Source: Lama guanicoe (lineage: Eukaryota). From it: a stretch of 64,000 nt of DNA. This document shows, one piece after another, positions 47,966-60,419 of this stretch (position 1 is the first letter of the stretch; each line of letters opens with the position of its first letter). Where the stretch lies: the NCBI GenBank assembly GCA_013239625.1, contig MU053365.1, positions 969,566 to 1,033,565 on the forward strand, read 5' to 3'. The notes beneath the pieces are model-generated. The model made no database searches, was not told where the DNA came from, and saw nothing but the letters and a program-made list of their open reading frames with translations. A program made the translations under genes and the position numbers.

Positions 47966-50900
47966 GACTTCTGCTTTTGCAACATTGTGAATAAGAGATT
48001 CTAAATAGCTCTTCTACTTCAAAACTCCTAAATATTGGATGAATTATAACAATATATTTTAAATGCACTGCTGAACTCACAAGAAAGTAAGGGAAATCCA
48101 AAAGGGTGGAGAAGGGGGAGGAAAGGGGGAGGGGGAGGTAGGGGTTGAAGAGAGGTGGGGGAGGGCAGGAGAAGGGTGAAGTAGGATCAGTCTGAAAGCA
48201 GAGCAGAGAAGTAAGCAAAGGGCAAGAGGATTCAGGGTGAAAATAAGCCAGTCACCTAGAGTTTTGGGAGCTGGAAATGAACTTGAATCCTTGGACTTAG
48301 GCAAATGGACAAACTGCACCTGAGACCCCCTACTTAAATCTGGCCCTCCTGAAGGTGCTACATCGTCAGTGAAAGATAGTCCAGAAACAAAAGCTGGTAG
48401 CTATCAGAGCAAGCTCACAAAAAAACTTTCTTCACCACAGTAGCAAATTAATAGAAATCAATAGTAATAGTAATAGTAATAGCAGTAGGACTCCCTACCA
48501 CACCCCCCCCAAGAATTTCTTTCTAGAAATCTGCTTTAGAAGGGACTGAGATTTGAATTTATTCAGCCACCATGATTGGGAAACACCAAGCCTAGAAGTT
48601 ATTCCAGTATAGGAGCACCTCAGCTAACCAGCAAAAGCACAGAAATCATCTATGAGTAAAGCATCCTCAACCCAGACCTACAGAAGTCCCACAGACTAAT
48701 AAGTACAGTCAAACAGAGACACACAATAATAATCACTAAACGCACAAGGAACAAGTTATCATAAATAAGACTCAGAAGAAATAAGAACAAAACTAAACCT
48801 TTAAGGATTATAGGTATTGCTGATAAGAAAGAATATACAATAATATGGATCTTCAAAAAATAAGATGGAAGCAAAAAATGAGCAGAAAATAAGACTATCA
48901 GCAATGAACACAAAGATTTGAGTATCAAAAACAGAACTAAAACTAAATACAACCACTGATATTAAATCTTTTTTCCCTCTCTTTTTTTAAATTAAGTTAT
49001 AGTCATTTTACAATGTTGTGTCAAATATTAAATCTTAATGGATGGTTTAAGCAACATATTAAATACAGCTCAAGACAGAAATGGTGAACTAAAATATTGA
49101 TTTGAAAAATTACCCAGACTGGAGCACAGGGAAAATATGAAAGAGAAGCTAAGAGATATGGAATATAGTTTATAAAGGTTTAGCATAAGTCTAGTCAGAA
49201 GGAAAAACTAGAAAGAATGGAGGAGAGGCAATATCTGAAAAAACAATGGCTGAGAATTTTCCATAACTAACTAAAAACTCTAATCCACAGATTCTAGAAG
49301 GACAATGACTCCTAAGTAGAAGAAAAAAAAAAAGAGAGAAAGAAATCTATGCCTACACATTACAGAACAAAGAGAAATCCTTTTTAAAAAGCCAGAGAAA
49401 TACCAACAATGGAAGCCAGAGGAGAGTGTAATAAAAACTGCAACATGCTTAAAAAATGTCATACCCAGAAAAATACATTATAAGAATGAAAGTGAAATAA
49501 AGACATTTAAAAATAAACCAAAACAGAATTTACCACCAGCAGAGCCTCACTAAAGGAAATTCTACAAGATATACTGCGAGCAGAAGGACAGTGATCACAG
49601 ATGGAAAGTCTAAGCCGTAAGAAGTATTAAAAAAAGAAATAGTGAATGTGTGGGCAAATGTAATGAGCACTGTTCGTATAAAACTACAGTAATGACATCC
49701 GCTGGGCTTAAATAACAAGATAGAAATAAAATATGTGATGGTGGTGTAAGTTGGGAGGGGTATGAATGGAGTAAAAATGTCTCAAGTTCTTTGCACTCCC
49801 CAGGGGAAGGGTAAAATTATTGACACTAAGCTTTAATAAATAAGTTAGATATTCATATTATAACCTAAATTGGTAGAAATAAAATATGTATAATTAAAAT
49901 AATCAATATAGGGTACACATAACTTCTAAACAAGTAGATGTAGGGAGATGGAATGAAAACACAAGCAAGCACTCTTAAAGGCAGCAATTAATGCAAGGAA
50001 AATTAAGTTGAACAGGCAAGACTAATTGAAAATATAAAAACAATAGATTTTTTAACTCAAAGATGTCATTAATCGCATTAAATGTAAATGAACTAAATGC
50101 TCCAGTTAAAAGATAAAGATTGTTGTCTGAATTTTTAAAAATCTATCTGCTAGCAAGAGATATCTAAAACATAGGGTGACAGAGAGGGGAAACCTATATT
50201 GTGGTGTTACTATCTCAAAGAAAGCCAGGATCACTCATTAATATTAGATAAAATCAACTTTAAGGCAAAAAATGTTACTAAAGATAAAGAAAGGCACTTC
50301 AAAGAAGCCAATAGAAAAGCAGGCAAAAATCTAACAGACATTTCACCAAATAATAAACATGAATGGCCAATAAACAATAAACGCTCTTTAGTAATAAGGG
50401 AAACACAAACACAAACTAAAACCACCATGAGGTATGGTGTTAGGCAGCAGATCTGCAAAACTTTTAAAGTCTGGCAATACTAAGATCTGGTGAGGATGTG
50501 GAGCCACGAGAAGTTTGTATGATACTAGTGGAAGTAGTAAGTGATGCTGTTTTTTTTAAACAGTTTGGAGTTTTCTTGAAAAGTTGCAGGTAAACATACC
50601 CTAAAACTTAGCAGTTTCTCTTCTAGGTACATACTAAAATAAACCCTTGCACATGAATATGAAGAGATGTGTTGAAGAATATTCATTAGCAGCAAAAAAG
50701 TGGGAAACAATCCAAATGACCATCAAAGGAAGAATGGATAAATGCTACGTTACATTTATTTTATGAACTACTATGTCAGTGAGAGTGGATGTAGTGGAAC
50801 ATGCACAGACATGGATGAACTGCACGAACATAATGTTGAGTGAGAAAAGCAACTTGCAGAAGGAAAAACAGGCAGTATGACCCCATGCATTGTCTGCTCA

Positions 50901-51215
50901 AAAGCACAGACAAGTATTCACACATGTATGATAAAATTATAACAGGAAGCAATAGATACGATAAAAAAGAAAATTCAGAGTAGTGTTGACCACTGTGGGG
51001 ACAGAGGGGGCAAAATGAGGGTGATGGTGGCACACAGGAAGCTTCAGTGGCGTTTGTAATGTTTGTTTCTTAAGCTTCAGGATGGGTGCATGGATTTTCA
51101 GTACAATTTTCTTTATACCTAATATGTAAGTCAGTATTTGTGTGTATATATATATACACACACACATGCATATGTGTATTCATTTGTGTATTAAATATCT
51201 CATAACATTAGAAAG
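47966..51215 (+). mobile_element. Ancient L1 (L1ME-type): 5' UTR, ORF1, ORF2 N-terminus joined to ORF2 C-terminus, 3' UTR
   Basis: ORF1 'atggctgagaattttcca' (MAENFP, 49246-49263); ORF2 start 'ttaaatgtaaatgaactaaatgctccagttaaaaga' (LNVNELNAPVKR, 50078-50113); ORF2 C-terminus 'aaaaccaccatgaggtat' (KTTMRY); UTR 'acatggatgaactgcacgaacataatgttgagtgagaaaagc'. Confidence 0.8.
48971..49024 (-). mobile_element. 54-bp extreme 3' stub of a young camelid-type L1 with 12-bp TSD
   Basis: Reverse complement 'ttgacacaacattgtaaaatgactataa' matches the 3' terminus of the L1 at ~59902-59929; TSD ATATTAAATCTT at 48959-48970 and 49025-49036. Confidence 0.85.
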
Positions 51216-51454
51216 GTAACAGCTAGTTATGCAGAAAAGGAGGCCGTTCAGCTGTGCATGGTGAGGGGCATCATGCTGGGATTAGAGGCCACGGGAGAAA
51301 GATGAGCACTGCGGGGACTGTTGCAGAAACTCAACACCAGCTTTCCAAAATCATGCTGAGGAAGTGGCCAGTGAGCCCGCTTAGGCTCTATGCTGACAAC
51401 ATAAAATCATTCCTTTGCCACCCTTTCCTTTTCTTGACTCTACACCCTATAATA

Positions 51455-51700
51455 ATAACTCTAATATTAAGAACCACCATTTGCTGAGTACCAATCATGT
51501 GCCAGGTACCTTATTATGGATCATTATCTTTATTTTACAGGTGAGAAAACTGAGGCCCAGAGCATTTCCATAGTCTGCCCAGGCTCACCTAGCTGCTAGT
51601 AGTAGCTAGTAGCCTCAGTAGGAGCATTCATAATTAGTAGAGCTGGGATTCAAACCCAGGTCCCTGTAACTCCAAAGCCTGGTGTGCTTACCATTCTACT
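51455..51700 (-). mobile_element. MIR
   Basis: 'ttttacaggtgagaaaactgaggcccagag...agagctgggattcaaacccagg..ctgtaactccaaagcc'. Confidence 0.85.
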
Positions 51701-53719
51701 CTCTTCCTCTTCCTCCCCCCGCCACCCCATCCACATCCCTTCATGCTGTTTCCATGCTAATTCTGATTTCTGCTTATGGTAGTGATGCCAAGGGAAAATG
51801 GGGAGAGAAGAAAAATTTGCCATGGCAAGCTAGCAATCATGAAAGTCAGGAATATATTCCAAAATCCTGTAGTTCTTTTACATGAAAGCTATGATATTAA
51901 CTTTTCATGAATTTATCTGTAATCTGGGTGCACAAATATTTAGGAGAGAGGAAAGTGGCTGACGTCACCTTTGAAATTCCACCCTATAATTAAAGGACAG
52001 GTTGTGACCTACAACCACAATCTCTATTACACAGCAATAAAGGCCTCAACCCCAGCCCTGCCTCCACTCCTAAATCTCCAAAATGTTTGTTTCAAGCTTT
52101 CTATCTTTCTACACGGCATAGATAGCTGTATTTCCCTCTTGCCTCATGTACCTAACCTGTAATGTAGTTCGAAACACACAAAGGTGTAATAACACTATTC
52201 TGGAGTCAAGCCATGCACTGCAGCCCAGACCAGAACAAGAACACTGGATAATGAATGACTCATTATGGTCTGTCTCATTCTTGGTTGAAAATAATCCTTC
52301 AATAAAGAAATAACAGATAATATATAAGACAGATGCTAAACTAGAATCACAATCTCTAGTTCCAGCAGATAAATTCTTAAAACATTGCTGATAATCTGAG
52401 GCTGACTAGGTTGATTGTTGCCTAAATGTTATCTTTGATAACAGACAGACAGCCTCATCAGCTAACGTCATGTGTCTCCCAGCACTCACATAATTCAGAA
52501 TAAAGTTTGGGACTGCAGAAGACAGTCATCAGGGGAACACATGGGAAATACCTATTGTTTTTCTGGACAAGGATAAGTTTTGCCCCTGATTTTCCATATT
52601 CCCAGTCCAGAGTCAGAATGAATAAAGAAACAGAAAAAGAAAGTCTTAATTGACAATATAATGCCCACAAGCATCAACAGATGTGATCCCTTGTAATGAA
52701 GCATGTGGGTCTAATTTGGCATCACTAACCACTTGGAGGATCTCCTTGCTGAGTTCTTGCAGGCTATCCTTCTAAACCTATGTTTGGCTGGCACCTGTGC
52801 CCTGTTGAAACTGGCATACCACCCTCTGGGTGGGCACAGTGCCACCCTAACAGATGGCCATGACAGTCATGCCAGGGAACTAGTATTGTTTCTAGCAAGT
52901 TTAACTTAACAGTAATTGGAATCTCACTGAAGAATGATAAAATGGTGATCTATCTTTCTGTGGAAGACAAACCATGATGTGTCTACAACTGGTATTTCGG
53001 AGTCATTTCACATACTAAATGAAGCCCTACAGGGGAAGAACCAGCACTGCAACAGTGATGTGTCTGTCCTAAGGTGGCAGCAAAAAGAGAGAGCAACACA
53101 CTTCATGGTTCCACCATAAACTCAATATTTTAGTCTCCTAGAGCCAATAAAGAATTCAAATTCAGTATCACTGAAAGTAACATTTTAAAATATCGTCACT
53201 CGAATTAACTTTCAGCTTGGTCACCTACCTAGGTCTGCTCCTATTGATAAAACACACTTGTTCTATTAACAATGCCTCTGCGATTTGGGAACATTTCATT
53301 TTTGGGGGTGGTGAGAAGATTCAATTTTAAAACTCACATATTTACAAATAATGGTTGGAAATGTTAGCTGTGAAGCCCAATAAATGTTTGAGTTTTGTTA
53401 AAAATTGTTGGGGTGCATAGCAGAAATCATCCTGAAGATTATAAACTAATGCCACAAACTGGGGAAGGAAACCATGGAGATAGGAGAGATGTGGGGAAAT
53501 TAGTAGTAGCTGAAGGAATGGGCTATATTTAGGGTGCAAAATCATACATAATATGGAAATTGAAACATATGGTGTAGGTCATATATTCACAGATTTCCTT
53601 CCAAACTCATCTCCTTTCCTCAAATAATGAACTCAATGTCTAACCCCAATCAACACTAAAGTTTGTGTAGGGCTATTTAGATCCATCTGAAGGGAAAAGA
53701 AGGGAAAAGTGAGCTTATC

Positions 53720-55070
53720 TTCTATAAGCACCTACTATACGTCAAACACTGTGGTATATACTTTACAGGCAGCCCTCACCTCACACAATTCTGATATGTA
53801 CAAATTTCAGTCACTACAGTTTAGTTAAGGAAGAACAGTCCCCCAACAAGACAGTTCAAATTTCAGTTATCACAGTATATGAATTGTGAATAATTGCATA
53901 AAGGACAAACTTCACTGTTAGCTCTTCAGCCCATAAGTCACCACATAAATAACAGATGTGCACTGTGACTAGTGATCAATTACATCACTTCTTTCAAAGT
54001 CTGTGATTGGTCACTGAGTGTCTGTTATTCAGTTCAAGCACACACAGAAAAGTGTGTCATTGTTGTGTTGCCTCCTTGTGTTCCACTAATAAACCAAGCA
54101 GCATTTTACAAAAATGGATAATTAAAAGAGGAAACTGACCAACAAAGATGAAAGTGAAGCCAAGAAACAAAATGTCATAATCCTGGAAGTGAAAACTGAA
54201 TCAAACACAAATGGAGTTATAGAAGAAACTGCTGACCACAGGACTGTTGACACTGTTGCAACTCAAAAGACCTTAGATGTGCAGCCAGAGGACCCCGGTG
54301 AAGGTGAGCTAATCAGCATACAAGAAAAAAGCAGTTGTGAGAAAAAGATTATGCCGTCCCAAAGGAAGTGACAATAGCAAAATTTTTCACATTAAAAAGA
54401 GAAGCTTGGAGATATTTCACAATATTGAAAGTAAAAAGGTTAAAATATTGGCAAGTGATCCAAACTTGAAAAAGAGTATGACAACTCACCAATGCATAGA
54501 AAAGATGGTCGCTCAATATTGTAACTTACACAAGAAGGCAAATACGGTTAAAACTACTCTTAATACTTTTTAATAAAGAAAAATGTAATAAACACTTTAA
54601 TTTTCAATGTTTCTAGTGTTTTAAATTATAGTGCACTAAAAAATATTAGTTTTATAGTTTTATTTAATTCCCCTATACATTTGTAACTTGACAATAAAAG
54701 AGTTTGTAATGTTTTGACAAAATTTTTAAAGGTCATGGAACAATCATAATTTTCCCATTAATCGATGGGAACACTTTGCATGGTTTCAGCTTACATGATG
54801 ACTTTTATGGTCCTGCACTATTGTGCTAAGTAAGGACTGCCTTACATTATTTCATCTGAAACTCACAAAAACCGTAGAGGGTAGGTATATGGTGCAAATG
54901 TCACAAGTGAAGATCAGAGAAGTTAAGTGCTTAACTACAGGTCAAACAGCTTAGAGATGATAGAGCTGTATACAAGGAACCTGCACTCAAAAAAAAGTTC
55001 TCTTCAAAATTAACTAAACACACTTAAGTATGACTGGCCTCAAAGTTATGCTCTTTCTAATAGGTGACAC
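53720..55070 (-). mobile_element. MIR split by Tigger6
   Basis: 'taagcacctactatacgtcaaacactgtg..tactttac' resumes after Tigger as 'cattatttcatctgaaactcacaaaaacc...cagagaagttaagtg'. Confidence 0.6.
53766..54842 (+). mobile_element. Tigger6a-like Tc1/mariner (pogo) DNA transposon, non-autonomous, full length
   Basis: TA|CAGGCAGCCCTC ... AAGGACTGCCT|TA terminal inverted repeats with TA TSD; decayed transposase pieces (MDN*KRKLTNKDESEAKK; ORFs 54189-54371 and 54337-54573). Confidence 0.85.
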
Positions 55071-55109
55071 AGCCTCCTAAAGTAAATATTTCATTAAATA
55101 CAGTCTAGA

Positions 55110-55970
55110 CGTACAACTTATTATATATGGTAATCTTAGGAAAATATGAATTATTATTTAACAAATGGTATTTGGTTAACTGGATAGCAAATGGAGGCGC
55201 AAATCAAGATTTTAAAAATTAACCCCAGTTAAGTCTGAAGTTTGTGTATGAGATAAAATCAAAAGCTACATTAATAGTTGAAACTCTGACTGACTCTTCA
55301 TATCAAATTCAATTCAGATGGATCAAAAATATAACAACAAAAAGAAATGCCATAAAGGTTATAAATGACAATTTGGCTGAGCTTTTCTCAAAAGCTTGTG
55401 GTGAAAAGTGCCTAACATATCACAAGTAACAAGAAACCATAACTTAAAAGTCTGGAAAATTTGAATATGTAGAAACTAAAAATTTTAAATTACAGAGTAA
55501 AGCAACATCTCAAAATTTAAAGAAAAATGACAAAATGGGGAAAATATTTTCAACCACATGATAATATAAAAGAACACGTTCCCAATATAGAATGAGGTCT
55601 TACAAGCTAAAATTTTAAAAAGAAAAAAAATGTTAAAACAGAAAAAATGACAAAGGGCATCTTATAAAATAATATCAAAACAAATGGAAAGCACATTAAA
55701 GTATATTCAACTTCAATAACCATCTAAACAGCACAAGAAAAAGTATAATTAGAAACAGTTGCTTATTTATTTACCAGGTAAGCAAAGTTGAACAAGGTCA
55801 ATCTCAAAGAGGCAATCACAAAATACAAAAACCCAGTATTCATAAGAATGTTTACTGTAGCACTGTTTGGAATAGTGAAACACTGTAAGAAATCCAACTG
55901 TGCCTCAACAGGAGACAGGTTCAATAAATTAACACATAGTTACACACTGGACTACCATACAGATTTTTGT
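55110..55970 (+). mobile_element. Very old L1 ORF2 fragment
   Basis: 'ttatttaacaaatggtatttggttaactgg' (LFNKW..NW), 'aattcagatggatcaaa' (NSRWIK-like), 'agaatgtttactgtagcactgttt' (RMFTVALF). Confidence 0.65.
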
Positions 55971-56422
55971 GACTTGGCATTTTGAAGTACACAACTACAG
56001 ATTTGCATGATATTTTATTATTTGCTGGAAACACTCGATATCTTTGCACCAAACCTTATAGACCAATTTCTTTCAATGGACACTCATAAAAAATATAATT
56101 AAAGATAGGAGTTAATATGGTAAAAATGTAGAAAAGCCATACTTGGTGCAAAGAAAAGATTCAGTCTATCCAAAGTCAGCAGCAGGCTAATGAGTCATTT
56201 GAATGTTAGTCTAAAATGGTGATCTAAATAAAGGAAACTCTTCTAATACTGGCCACGAGTCACCATTAAGGCACAGGGATTAGAATTAGGAGGAATGGTG
56301 ACATGGAGCAAGGCTAGCTGTGACCTGTCACATGCACACAGTCCAGGATTACCTCAACTGACTCCCAGAAATGAGATTCATCCAAACTTAGTATATAACT
56401 TTGAGATCTGTTACCCATCTTT

Positions 56423-56981
56423 TTGTTTTTGTTTTTATTTCAGCTTTAGGAAATAAAGGCATAACCGACAAATAAAATTGTTAAGATATTTAAAGTGGTG
56501 ATTTGATACACACATACATTGTGAAAGGATTCCACACTGTCAGCAAATTTCAATTACATAGTTACAGTGTTATCAACTATCATCACCATGTTTTACGTTA
56601 GATCCTCAGACCTTATTCATCTTATAGCTGAAAGTTTGTACTCTTTTATCAAATTCTCCCAATTTCCCCCTAGCAACCACTTTTCTACTCTGTGTTTCTA
56701 TGATTTGGACTTTTGTTTTTTAGACTCCACATGTAAGTGATACCACACAGTATTTGTCTTTCCCTGAATGGCGTATTTCACTTAGCATAATGCCCTCAAG
56801 GTGCATGCATGTTGTTGCGAATGGCAGGATTTCCTTCCTTCTCATGGCTGAAAAATACTCCACTGTATGTACATACCCCATTATCTTCATCATTTGTTGA
56901 TGGACACTTAGGTTGTTTCTGTATCTTGGCTATTGTGAATAATGCTGCAATGAACATGGAGTTACAAACACCTCTTCACTA
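56423..56981 (-). mobile_element. L1MA9-type 3' end with decayed 15-bp TSD
   Basis: 'gatggacacttaggttgtttctgtatcttggctattgtgaataatgctgcaatgaacatgg'; flanks CTGTTACCCATCTTT (56408-56422) and CTGCTACCCATTTTT (56982-56996), 2 mismatches. Confidence 0.85.
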
Positions 56982-57992
56982 CTGCTACCCATTTTTATGT
57001 TAAACTTCCTCACAGAGGGCCTAGGAGAACCCTACCGTTTTTCAGGTTATGTTACTTGAGGGAAGAACTGATAGATTCTGCCAAGTCGCTGATTTGTAAG
57101 CTTTGTTAGTCTCATTGAGCTTATTTTGTGTGTGTGAATGTGCCCATACTGACCGAAAGAAGATTCACATCATTTCTTTCAATTCTGAATTTAATTTACT
57201 GTTCCTTTGTCTATTTTTCAAGCCAACCCTGGTCTTGCAAAAGCAATACTGCAGGGTTTGAGTTTAGCATTATGTACAGGATGAACGTATCAGAACATGA
57301 AATGAGGCTGCTACTGTTTTCCTGGGTCATCCATTTACTTATCTAATAAGAAACAGTGTCTGAGCATTGGCCCTGAAAGGATACAATCTGCCCTCTTCCC
57401 GTCCTGGAGGCAGTTTCCTTCACAAACTGTCCTTTGATTTCTTATTTTTAATTAGCATGTTTTGCTTAATAAGTGGCATGAGGGCAAAAGTCACTCTAAA
57501 GGTAAGTTCCCGAGCACAGCAATTGTGCACACAGACACAGAAGAGTCACCCTGGCTCCTAGCTGCACACTCACATCAGGGCAGATATAACAGAAAAACAA
57601 TTTACTTTCCTACCTTGGGTTTAAATAATTAATTCGAGTAAAGTAGGAAAAAGAAAAATGATGCCTATTTGGTCGTAACATGAAAAGGCATTTAGGAGAA
57701 AGTGGTCTTTCAATTATTTGCATCCTTTTTTTTTATCAAAATGGGTCTAAAAGTGGCCTAACTCTTCCCTTCCTGCCTCTGCACTGAGCCCAGTGGTCAA
57801 GGTTGGGTCTTGAGGAGCTGGTCAGACGGAGTGCACCTTCCAGGTAGCTCAAAGCAGAGAGAGCCCATAGTACAGGCCCCAGTTTTAAGGGCAGGGCAGA
57901 GCCAGGGGCCAGAGGGCCAGAACAAATGAGATCCGAAATGCAAAAGCAGAAATCTAAAGGAGAGGCAGAGTCAAAAAACAGTTTCTGGCTAT

Positions 57993-58045
57993 CTACATTG
58001 TAAACTGACTGTACTTCAATTTAAAAAATAAATAAATAAATAAAA
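57993..58045 (+). mobile_element. Short L1 3'-terminal stub with (TAAA)n tail
   Basis: 'acattgtaaactgactgtacttcaatttaaaaaataaataaataaataaaa' resembles the terminus of the L1 at 25983-26148. Confidence 0.65.
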
Positions 58046-58237
58046 CAGGTATTAGCCCCAGATCTATGACTTAGCTTACTCTGTACCCTTAAACATACAC
58101 GTGACTTAACTTCCCTGAGCCTCAATGTTTTTGTCTATACCAGGGGCAACTTAATCTGTTCTGCTGACCTCATACGAATATATTTTAAAAGTTATTCAAA
58201 TGTAAGGTCTTGTTTGTTATTAAGAACAAATATTTAT

Positions 58238-59952
58238 CATTTCTTTACACTAACGATGAATCAACAGAAAAAGAAAGTAAAGAAACAATCCCCTTTAAAA
58301 TAGCACCCAAAGTAATAAAATATCTGGGAATAAATCTAACCAAGGAGGTGAAAGAATTATACACAGAAAACTATAAACCATTGATGAAGGAAATTAAAGA
58401 AGACTTTACAAAGTGGAAAGATATCCCATGCTTTTGGATCGAAAGAGTCAGTATTGTTAAAATGGTCACACTGCCCAACGCAATCTACAGATTTAATGCA
58501 ATCCCTATCAAATGACCCAGGACATATTTCACAGAACTAGAACAAATCATAATAAAATTTATATGGAACCATAAAAGACCTAGAATTGCCAAAGCATTAC
58601 TGAAGAGAAAGAAAAAGGCTGGAGGAATAACCCTCCCAGACTTCAGACAATACTATANNNNNNNNNNNNNNNNNNNNNNNNNNNNNNNNNNNNNNNNNNN
58701 NNNNNNNNNNNNNNNNNNNNNNNNNNNNNNNNNNNNNNNNNNNNNNNNNNNNNNNNNNNNNNNNNNNNNNNNNNNNNNNNNNNNNNNNNNNNNNNNNNNN
58801 NNNNNNNNNNNNNNNNNNNNNNNNNNNNNNNNNNNNNNNNNNNNNNNNNNNNNNNNNNNNNNNNNNNNNNNNNNNNNNNNNNNNNNNNNNNNNNNNNNNN
58901 NNNAAACAAGAAGAAAACCTACGGAATGGGAGAAAATTTTTGCAAGTGAAACCGACAAAGGCTTGATCTCCAAAATATATAAGCAGCTCATACGACTCAA
59001 TAAGAAAAAAATAAACAACCCAATCCAAAAATGCACAGAAGACCTAAACAAGCAATTCTCCAAGGAAGACATGCAAATGATCAAAAAGCACATGAAAAAT
59101 GCTCAATATCACTAATTATCAGAGAAATGCAAATCAAAACTACAATGAGGTATCACCTCACACCAGTCAGAATGGCCGTCATTCAAAAATCCACAAATGA
59201 CAAATGCTGGAGAGGCTGTGGAGAAAGGGGAACCCTCCTACACTGCTGGTGGGAATGCAGTTTGGTGCAGCCACTATGGAAAACAGTGTGGAGATTCCTC
59301 AAAAGACTAGGAAGAGACTTACCGTATGACCCAGGAATCCCACTCCTGGGCTTATATCGAGAAGGAACCCTACTTCAGGATGACACCTGCACCCCAATGT
59401 TTATAGCAGCACTATTTACAATAGCTAAGACATGGAGACAGCCTAAATGTCCATCAACAGGTGACTAGATAAAGAAGAGGTGGTATATTTATACAATGGA
59501 ATACTACTCAGCCATAAAAAGCGACAACATAACACCATTTGCAGCAACATGGATGCTCCTGGAGAACGTCATTCTAAGTGAAGTAAGCCAGAAGGAGAAA
59601 GAAAAATACCATATGAGATGGCTCATATGTGGAATCTAAAAAACAAAAACAAAAACAAACAAACAAACAAAAAAAAACAAAGCATAAATACAGGACAGAA
59701 ATAGACTCATAGACATAGTATACAGACTTGTGGTTGCCAGGAGGGCGGAGGGTTGGGGGAAGGGATAGACTGGGATTTCAAAATTGTAGAATAGATAAAC
59801 AAGATTATACTGTATAGCACAGGGAATCACAGAGGAAAAAATGTGACAATGAGTGTGTATATGTCCATGTATGACTGAAAAATTGTGTTGAACACTAGAA
59901 TTTGACACAACATTGTAAAATGATTATAAATCAATGAAAAATGTTGGAAAAA
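58238..59952 (+). mobile_element. Young 5'-truncated camelid-type L1 (ORF2 3' part plus 3' UTR) with 16-bp TSD
   Basis: ORF2 peptides '[30 protein letters not shown]' and '[29 protein letters not shown]'; stop at 58513-58515, frameshift near 59095, TAG at 59466-59468; TSD AAGAACAAATATTTAT at 58222-58237 and 59953-59968, preceded by TT (TT/AAGA endonuclease site). Confidence 0.95.
58658..58903. other. Assembly gap (246 N)
   Basis: Run of N inside the young L1. Confidence 1.
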
Positions 59953-60419
59953 AAGAACAAATATTTATTTTGTCACTAGAATTCTCCTTTTTTTTTTTTT
60001 GAAATGCTAGGATAGAAGGATGACCTTTGGGAATCCAATGTGTATTTTTCTTTATTCCGGTGTGAGAAGTGCAAAAAAGTCACCTTGAAGCCTTTGAATG
60101 TTGCCAACTTACAAAGTGTCCCTGTATGGCAATAGCAAGAGTAAACTTGGATCCCAGTTTCCCATCATCTCTGAACTGTAAGAACCCCTAGAGCTGCTAG
60201 GCATTTGGTGGGGATGGGAGGAGACCGATCTAGAGGGAGATACTGCATTTCTTGCTAACAAGCAAATGGGAGCTTGAGCAATTAATTGGAAAAAATGAGA
60301 GAGGTCTAGGCATATTTGTACCTTGAACTTGCAGAACAGTTCACACGAGGATACCTATTTGGCAATTTCAAAAATTTCAGTGCCAGAATATGAGTGTCAT
60401 ATCTTATAGGGGCAACTAA

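Noticed and set aside
54189..54573. Two overlapping ORFs with protein-like composition
   Set aside because: Decayed Tigger6 transposase remnants lacking the catalytic DDE core; not a domesticated TIGD gene
58597..59093. Three minus-strand ORFs full of X
   Set aside because: Artefacts of translating through the N gap
59031..59468. 145-aa ORF with CWRGCGE..HCWWEC motif
   Set aside because: It is the L1 ORF2p C-terminal cysteine-rich region of a truncated copy with stops and a frameshift, not a host gene
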